12,762 bases of DNA from NCBI GenBank assembly GCA_038108555.1, contig JAYNIA010000063.1, positions 1-12,762 of the forward strand, written 5' to 3'. This document shows positions 8,037-12,762 of the stretch, in pieces. A program made the translations under genes and the position numbers. Source of the DNA: Nitrospinota bacterium (lineage in GTDB: Bacteria > Nitrospinota > Nitrospinia > Nitrospinales > VA-1). The notes below the pieces were generated by a model, which worked only from the letters and a program-made list of their open reading frames with translations, made no database searches and was not told the origin of the DNA. How positions within the stretch are numbered: position 1 is the stretch's first letter; each line of letters begins with the position of its first letter.

Positions 8037-8105
8037 TTTCGCATCAATCAAAAAGAAACTTTTTGTCTATTAGACCATCTAACCCTTTATTCCCGGGAGA
8101 TTAAC

Positions 8106-8552
8106 TTGAATAAGAAACGTTTAACAAATATTGCTGGCTCGCTTTGGTGCATCATTGGGTTTGTTCTCGTTGTCCGCGGATTATCTTTATATCAACTCGC
8201 GGAGATGGAGCAGCATGCCACAGAACTGGCAATTACCATCTCTGGAATCGTTGCGGGCCTGATTGGCTTGGTAAAGGGAAAGTTTGTATTGAGTAAAACG
8301 GCCCATAGAAATAAAAACCGCATTTACAGTCTGGACGACCCGGTAAGTCTCCAGGATATTTTCGCCAAGCCCTTTTATTTTCTGATTCCCATGATGATGG
8401 GACTCGGAATACTTCTTCGATCTTATAACGAGTATGTGGGTGGATATATTGTTGTTGGAGCCATTTATTGTGGAATAGGCATGGCCCTGATTGTTTCCAG
8501 CCGGGTTTACTGGTTTTCTGAATCTGAGCTTCAGGAATCTGAAAACTCTTAA
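8106..8552 (+). CDS. Hypothetical membrane protein (about 4 TM)
   Basis: TTG start with GGAG SD upstream. Four hydrophobic stretches around a basic loop (KTAHRNKNRI). Confidence 0.8.
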   Translation: MNKKRLTNIAGSLWCIIGFVLVVRGLSLYQLAEMEQHATELAITISGIVAGLIGLVKGKFVLSKTAHRNKNRIYSLDDPVSLQDIFAKPFYFLIPMMMGLGILLRSYNEYVGGYIVVGAIYCGIGMALIVSSRVYWFSESELQESENS

Positions 8553-8567
8553 TTGACTCAAACCTAA

Positions 8568-8975
8568 ATGAAAAATTTCTTTCTCACACTCCATATGATT
8601 TCAATGTGCCTGGTCATCGGCACTCTTTTTCTCCAGTCTCTTTCCGTGGTTTTCAGGTTACGATTAAAATCTGCAGAGGAAGCAAAAGGATTGGAAAAAA
8701 CCCAGACCCGCATCCATAAGTTCATTTACTACCCGATTCTTGGCGTCACTTTAATTTCAGGGGCCATCCTGGCGGTTAAAACTGGAGCATTTTCTGAAGG
8801 CAAATGGCTCCATGTCAAATTAACTCTCCTCCTGATATTAATCGCCCTTGGAGTTCAAAACGGAAGGCAGATTAAAAAAGAGGTCCTCCCTAAAAAATAT
8901 GCGATGATGGTTCACATCGCTATATTCATTGTGGGGGCTTATATGATTTATCTCGCCACCATCAAACCCTTTTAA
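8568..8975 (+). CDS. 4-TM membrane protein, DUF2269/CopD/HemJ-like fold
   Basis: N-terminal LH in TM1, P-xxx-VTLISG in TM2, WLHVKL before TM3, C-terminal KPF. Confidence 0.75.
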   Translation: MKNFFLTLHMISMCLVIGTLFLQSLSVVFRLRLKSAEEAKGLEKTQTRIHKFIYYPILGVTLISGAILAVKTGAFSEGKWLHVKLTLLLILIALGVQNGRQIKKEVLPKKYAMMVHIAIFIVGAYMIYLATIKPF

Positions 8976-9098
8976 ATGGATATCCTTTTCACACTTGTTG
9001 CCAGTGTCGTTTTAATCATCGGTTTTCTTGTTGTCTGTCGTACTGTGGACGAAGAAGAGGACGAAGAAGAATCCGAAGATGGCAAAGAAAACTCCTGA
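8976..9098 (+). CDS. Unannotated 40-aa single-pass membrane microprotein with acidic tail
   Basis: ATG immediately follows the upstream TAA (TAAATG). Translation: MDILFTLVASVVLIIGFLVVCRTVDEEEDEEESEDGKENS. Its 3' end overlaps the UDG start by 20 nt. Confidence 0.7.
   Translation: MDILFTLVASVVLIIGFLVVCRTVDEEEDEEESEDGKENS
9047..9070 (+). repeat. Perfect 12-bp tandem duplication (GGACGAAGAAGA x2)
   Basis: Read directly. Encodes DEEE-DEEE in the microprotein frame. Confidence 0.85.
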
Positions 9099-9741
9099 GT
9101 CCACTCACTCGTCTGCTTTTAAAAAATTGCAAAAGAAGACGGCCGGTTGTCGCATCTGTCCTGCCCTTGCAGACCAGCCAGCCATCTTAAGCCCGGCAAA
9201 CGGGAATTTAAACGCGAAAATCGTTTTTGTAGCAGAAGCCCCTGGCAGGATGGGGGCGGGACGCACCGGAGTCCCTTTCCAGGGAGATAAATCTGGAGAC
9301 AATTTCGAAATCCTTTTAAAACATATTGGCCTAACTCGTGCGGATGTATTCATCACTAATGCAGCGTTGTGTAATCCCCTTGAAGACGGGAAAAACCGAA
9401 AACCAAAAACAAGCGAAATAAAAAATTGTTCTCCATTCTTAAAAGAAACACTGGACCTGATTAAACCAAATGTCGTGGTCACATTAGGTTCTGTGGGGTT
9501 GCAGGCACTCAATTTAATCCTGGGTACTCGATATCAATTGAAAAATGAGGTCGCAAAACAAATTCCCACGGACACTTTCACCCTTTTCCCCCTATACCAC
9601 CCCAGTCCTCGCGTCACCAATTGGATGCGCCCCCTCTCCCAGCAGAAAAAAGACTTTAAAAAAATCCCAGGGCGAACACGGTCGGCTTCAAAAGGTAAAT
9701 ACCTCAAAGGCACACCATCACAGGATGGCTATTGCGAATAG
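9079..9741 (+). CDS. Uracil-DNA glycosylase, family 4-like ([4Fe-4S])
   Basis: CRIC, VAEAPG, G-x-PF-x-G-x-SG, TNAALCNP, NR-x-P-xxx-EI-xx-C, YHPS. Start reassigned to ATG 9079 (MAKK...) instead of TTG 9028. Confidence 0.92.
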   Translation: MAKKTPESTHSSAFKKLQKKTAGCRICPALADQPAILSPANGNLNAKIVFVAEAPGRMGAGRTGVPFQGDKSGDNFEILLKHIGLTRADVFITNAALCNPLEDGKNRKPKTSEIKNCSPFLKETLDLIKPNVVVTLGSVGLQALNLILGTRYQLKNEVAKQIPTDTFTLFPLYHPSPRVTNWMRPLSQQKKDFKKIPGRTRSASKGKYLKGTPSQDGYCE

Positions 9742-9811
9742 AATGTTTCCAGACGCATAAAAACATTGCCTTTACAAAGTTTGTTTGACCTATCTCCAAC
9801 CTCGTTGAGGG

Positions 9812-9842
9812 TTGACAAAAGGACTTTGGGATTTTATATGCT
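9812..9842 (+). promoter_or_regulatory. Putative sigma-70 promoter
   Basis: Perfect TTGACA at 9812-17. The -10 is either TATATG (17-nt spacer) or TATGCT (19-nt spacer). Followed by AGGAGG SD and ATG 9865. Confidence 0.6.
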
Positions 9843-9864
9843 TATAAGAAACAGGAGGTGAACC

Positions 9865-10170
9865 ATGTATTACAACAAAAATTTCCCGGATTCTATTTTT
9901 AAAAGAGGGCATCGGACCCTGACATTGGGAACGGTTCTTATGGGTAGTGTATTGCTTTTATTGGCCGTTTTGATATTTGCCTACCCGGCCCTAATCGCCT
10001 ACTTCATTGCAGCTGTTATTTTGTTTGCTGGATTGTCAGCGCTTGCCATCGGCTGGAAACTCTGGCGGATTCGAAACGAAATTTCCAAACTGGATAGAGT
10101 CTACGATGAATCGCATGATTCAAGGTCCCCCTGGTCCGGTCGCAGTCATTTTACCTATATTCGATGGTGA
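9865..10170 (+). CDS. Small hypothetical membrane protein (2 TM hairpin)
   Basis: Strong AGGAGGT SD. Long hydrophobic stretch broken by YP. Ends 3 nt before the AKR start. Confidence 0.8.
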   Translation: MYYNKNFPDSIFKRGHRTLTLGTVLMGSVLLLLAVLIFAYPALIAYFIAAVILFAGLSALAIGWKLWRIRNEISKLDRVYDESHDSRSPWSGRSHFTYIRW

Positions 10171-10173
10171 CGA

Positions 10174-11121
10174 ATGAAATTCAGCCGTGTTGCGGGGATT
10201 GATAAAGACTGGAGCCGAATCACCCTCGGCTGCTGGCAAATTGCGCCCAGCGATGGATGGGGAGATATATGCTCTGCCAAAGACGCTGAAAAGGTGGTTC
10301 GGACAGCGCTTGACCAGGAAATCACTGCATTTGATACAGCTGAGGGTTATGGAGATGGAGAATCTGAACGCCGTCTCGGTAAAGCTTTGGGATCGCAAAA
10401 GGATTCTGTCATTATTATTTCCAAAATTTGGCCGGAACCCAATCTAACCCTCAAAGATTATCAAAAAGCCCTGGACAATTCCCTCAAAGCTTTGGATAGG
10501 GATTATGTAGATCTCTACCTGATGCATTGGCCGGGAAATTATTTTAACAGCCCGGATAAAAGTGCGCAGCTGATTGAAAATATGCTTTCCCTCAAAAAAA
10601 GCGGAAAAACAAAAACCATTGGCCTGTCCAACTTCAAAGCACAAGACCTTGAGCGTTTGGGTGGCAGCGCCAAAGAATTTATTCTCAATGAAATACCCTA
10701 CAGTTTGCTGGACCGGGGATATGAAGGAAAAACGCTTGAGCTTAGTAAAAAATTGGGTATGCAATACATGGCTTTTTCACCTACCGCACAAGGGCTCCTT
10801 GCCCGCGCTATGAAAGAGGAGGATTTGAAATTACCCACCCGTAGAATGCACCATCTTTTTCAACCTTCCACTTTTCCAGAGGCAAAAAAGGTTTGGGAAA
10901 CCGTTCGCATCGTTGCAAATGAGCTGGATCGTAATCCGGTGGAAGTTGCCGTGGCCTGGGTTCTGAAACAGGAAAATATATTCACGGCCATTGTCGGCTC
11001 CCGCCACCCGGAGCAGGTGGAGGAGTTTGCCCCGGCAGGGGATCTGGAATTGAGCCAGACCCACCTTTCCCGCCTGACTGAAGCCAGCAACACTTTTCCG
11101 GCCGTTAAGGTCCGGAATTAG
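10174..11121 (+). CDS. Aldo/keto reductase
   Basis: LGCW, FDTAEGYG (catalytic Asp/Tyr), ISK (Lys), DYVDLYLMHWP (His), IGLSNF, SPTAQGLL, IVGSR. Confidence 0.95.
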   Translation: MKFSRVAGIDKDWSRITLGCWQIAPSDGWGDICSAKDAEKVVRTALDQEITAFDTAEGYGDGESERRLGKALGSQKDSVIIISKIWPEPNLTLKDYQKALDNSLKALDRDYVDLYLMHWPGNYFNSPDKSAQLIENMLSLKKSGKTKTIGLSNFKAQDLERLGGSAKEFILNEIPYSLLDRGYEGKTLELSKKLGMQYMAFSPTAQGLLARAMKEEDLKLPTRRMHHLFQPSTFPEAKKVWETVRIVANELDRNPVEVAVAWVLKQENIFTAIVGSRHPEQVEEFAPAGDLELSQTHLSRLTEASNTFPAVKVRN

Positions 11122-11167
11122 CCATTTCTTCCTTTTCCTATTCTCCTTAAACCCTTATTATTTATAG

Positions 11168-11497
11168 ATGGATGATGACAAAGAGTGGGAAGAACCTCCA
11201 GAAGAAAACGGCCTGACCCTGGGACCCGAAGAGTATTTACAGCGGGAGATTGAGAAATCCAAATCGCTCAAGGTAGATCGTCTGCGGTTGAAAGATGAAA
11301 TCGAACAACTCAAACAGCAAAAAGAGGAACTGAAAGAAAAGAACCGCCAGCTCCATGAAAGGATCGATGCTTTAAATAATGGTGTCTCCACTCCCCCTCC
11401 TCCGGAAAACAACTCCGTAGTCGGCAAAAATTTGTGGGGACCCTTTCTGGCGGCCATTTTACTGCTTTCAGTCCTTCTCCTGTTTTTACGCAACTGA
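11168..11497 (+). CDS. Hypothetical coiled-coil protein with C-terminal membrane anchor
   Basis: Acidic N-terminus, heptad-like L/I pattern (LKDEIEQLKQQKEELKEKNRQLHERIDAL), PPPP linker, terminal hydrophobic helix followed by RN. Confidence 0.8.
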   Translation: MDDDKEWEEPPEENGLTLGPEEYLQREIEKSKSLKVDRLRLKDEIEQLKQQKEELKEKNRQLHERIDALNNGVSTPPPPENNSVVGKNLWGPFLAAILLLSVLLLFLRN

Positions 11498-11767
11498 CCC
11501 ATCTACTGGTCCCGAAAAAGGCAATCAGGCCGGTATTTTGAAGATTTTTGCCTTATTTTCCGCATAAGTGAAGAAATAGTTGAATCTTACAGACCTGTTT
11601 CTCCATCCAATAACGGCAAGCACCTAATTTCCCAGAAATATTTTGGGCAAACACATCAAAACCTTTAAAGCAGGAAATGTGGGACCGGCGTTTCTGTCGG
11701 ATTAAGAAATCCCACCGCTTTGAATAATAAGTCGGAATATCAACCATTGTATTGAGAGGAAAACCAA

Positions 11768-12232
11768 ATGTGGGTATTTGAATTTTTTCATGTGATCATC
11801 GGAATTTTGTGGATTGGGTTGTTGTATTTTTTCAACCTGGTTCAAGTCCAATCCATGCCTAAAATGACCGAAGCGGGTGCTGCAAAACCATATACACAGA
11901 TTATTCTTCCAAGAGCCCTGTTCTTTTTCCGCCACGCAGCGTTGTGGACTGTAATAACGGGAATCGCTTATTACGTGGCTGGCCGGGGAACGGTCCAGGG
12001 AATTCCCAGTGGGGAAATTATGATTGGAATGCTGCTCGGAATCATCATGGCGGGTAACGTCTGGTTCATCATTTGGCCGAACCAGAAAAAAATTATTGCA
12101 GGGGAACTTGAAGGAGACGCACTGAATAAAGCAAAAAGAATGGCGTTTCTTGCAAGCCGCACCAATGCATGGCTCTCCATTCCCATGCTCATCGGAATGA
12201 TCTCTGCCAACCACGGCGGAATCATGTTTTAG
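11768..12232 (+). CDS. Urate hydroxylase PuuD N-terminal-like (DUF989) membrane protein, short form without cytochrome c domain
   Basis: HV-xx-GILWIGLLYFFN, ALFFFR-x-AA-xx-T, GIIMAGNVWFIIWPNQKK, SRTNAWLSIPML. GAGAGGA SD. No CxxCH motif. Confidence 0.85.
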   Translation: MWVFEFFHVIIGILWIGLLYFFNLVQVQSMPKMTEAGAAKPYTQIILPRALFFFRHAALWTVITGIAYYVAGRGTVQGIPSGEIMIGMLLGIIMAGNVWFIIWPNQKKIIAGELEGDALNKAKRMAFLASRTNAWLSIPMLIGMISANHGGIMF

Positions 12233-12260
12233 TAAAAAAGCAAAGATAATAGTTAAAACG

Positions 12261-12301
12261 AAGGGGTTTGCCTACTGTCAAGGGGGCAAACCCTTTTTTT
12301 T
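12261..12301 (+). terminator. Rho-independent terminator of the puuD-like gene
   Basis: AAGGGGTTTGCCT (12261-73) pairs with GGGCAAACCCTTT (12284-96), running into a T8 tract. Lies between convergent genes. Confidence 0.88.
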
Positions 12302-12326
12302 CGGCCTTCAAAGTTGTGTTTTAACC

Positions 12327-12390
12327 TCCCCCTGACCAGGCCTTCCATTTTTGCATTTAGCTTCCCCCTGATAAGGGGGATTGAGGGGGT
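12327..12390. repeat. REP-like palindromic element plus truncated copy
   Basis: TCCCCCT-GATA-AGGGGGA (12363-80, perfect 7-bp stem) followed by TTGAGGGGG. Partial direct copy TCCCCCTGACCAGG at 12327-40 (12/14 identical). Confidence 0.7.
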
Positions 12391-12752
12391 TGCTTTAGGT
12401 TTTTAATTCTCTTTTTTAAATCCTTATAAACTCCATCTATATTTTCCATTACCTCTTTATTAGTGTAACGGAGGACAGTGACTCCCAAAGAATTCAGTTT
12501 TTGGGTCCGTTTATCGTCATATAGTTCTTGATTCGCATGACTATCTCCGTCAATTTCTATTGCAAGTAATAATTCACTACAATAGAAATCGACAATGTAT
12601 TCGTCTAGGGGTTTTTGGCGGGAGAATTTTAGCCCCATAAGGTTCCTTCCCCGCAACACACCCTTCCAAATTTTTTCCTCAGCGGGTGTAGGGGTTTTGC
12701 GGAGTTTTCGGGCCTTTTCGGTAAGCGATGAGTTGTAGGGAATATAGACCAA
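12357..12752 (-). CDS. DUF559 / Vsr-like PD-(D/E)xK endonuclease domain protein
   Basis: ARKLRK-xx-TPAE-xx-IW, KFSRQ-x-P-xxx-YIVDFYC, LAIEIDGDSH, D-x-KR-xxx-L-xxx-G-xx-VLRY-x-N-x-EV. The TTG start is uncertain because the frame stays open to the window edge. Confidence 0.92.
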   Translation of the reverse strand: MVYIPYNSSLTEKARKLRKTPTPAEEKIWKGVLRGRNLMGLKFSRQKPLDEYIVDFYCSELLLAIEIDGDSHANQELYDDKRTQKLNSLGVTVLRYTNKEVMENIDGVYKDLKKRIKNLKQPPQSPLSGGS

Positions 12753-12762
12753 TTTATTTAAA

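Noticed and set aside
8568..8975. Calling this gene hemJ
   Set aside because: The diagnostic LPRLFVYH and NE-x-P motifs are missing, so only fold-level similarity is supported.
9028..9078. N-terminal extension of UDG from TTG 9028
   Set aside because: No SD, and the region is better explained as the coding sequence of the 40-aa microprotein in another frame.
11516..11559. AAGGCAA...TTGCCTT inverted repeat as an intrinsic terminator
   Set aside because: The 7-bp arms are separated by 23 nt and the U-tract is interrupted. Possible but not supportable.
11645..11700. Resemblance to a c-di-GMP-I (GEMM) riboswitch: GGGCAAA-CACAT...ATGTG-GGAC
   Set aside because: It lacks the GCAAAG junction after GAC, a GNRA tetraloop on the stem and a recognisable P3 with tetraloop receptor.
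2512..12225. Numerous antisense and alternate-frame ORFs in the track (e.g. 2843-3250, 8187-8594, 9105-9512, 11158-11502, 11702-12214)
   Set aside because: They overlap well-supported genes and show no recognisable motifs. They are likely shadow ORFs.
9079..12752. UDG plus DUF559 as a joint DNA-repair or anti-phage system
   Set aside because: They are 2.6 kb apart, on opposite strands and in separate transcription units, with nothing linking them.

Overview
A mostly co-oriented bacterial housekeeping and accessory region. The gene mix suggests a Nitrospina-like lineage, but this is inference and cannot be proven from the window. Gene order: a D-2-hydroxyacid dehydrogenase (minus strand, running off the left edge, absent from the ORF track), divergent from an atypical HU/IHF-family gene with a sigma-54-type promoter; a small CxxC...CxxC protein; a three-subunit succinate dehydrogenase/fumarate reductase operon (sdhCAB, Bacillus-like diheme type); ispH; a squalene-synthase-like enzyme; a stand-alone DUF1566 protein; two membrane proteins; an unannotated 40-aa membrane microprotein; a family-4 uracil-DNA glycosylase; a small membrane protein; an aldo/keto reductase; a tail-anchored coiled-coil protein; a short PuuD/DUF989-type membrane protein with a strong terminator; and a convergent DUF559 endonuclease. 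Best leads: (1) the DUF559 gene whose 3' end is a REP-like hairpin with a truncated second copy nearby, (2) the HU/IHF paralog lacking the DNA-intercalating proline, (3) the missed microprotein, (4) large insertions in SdhA, (5) a structured leader upstream of the puuD-like gene. No rRNA, tRNA, CRISPR array or transposase was seen.
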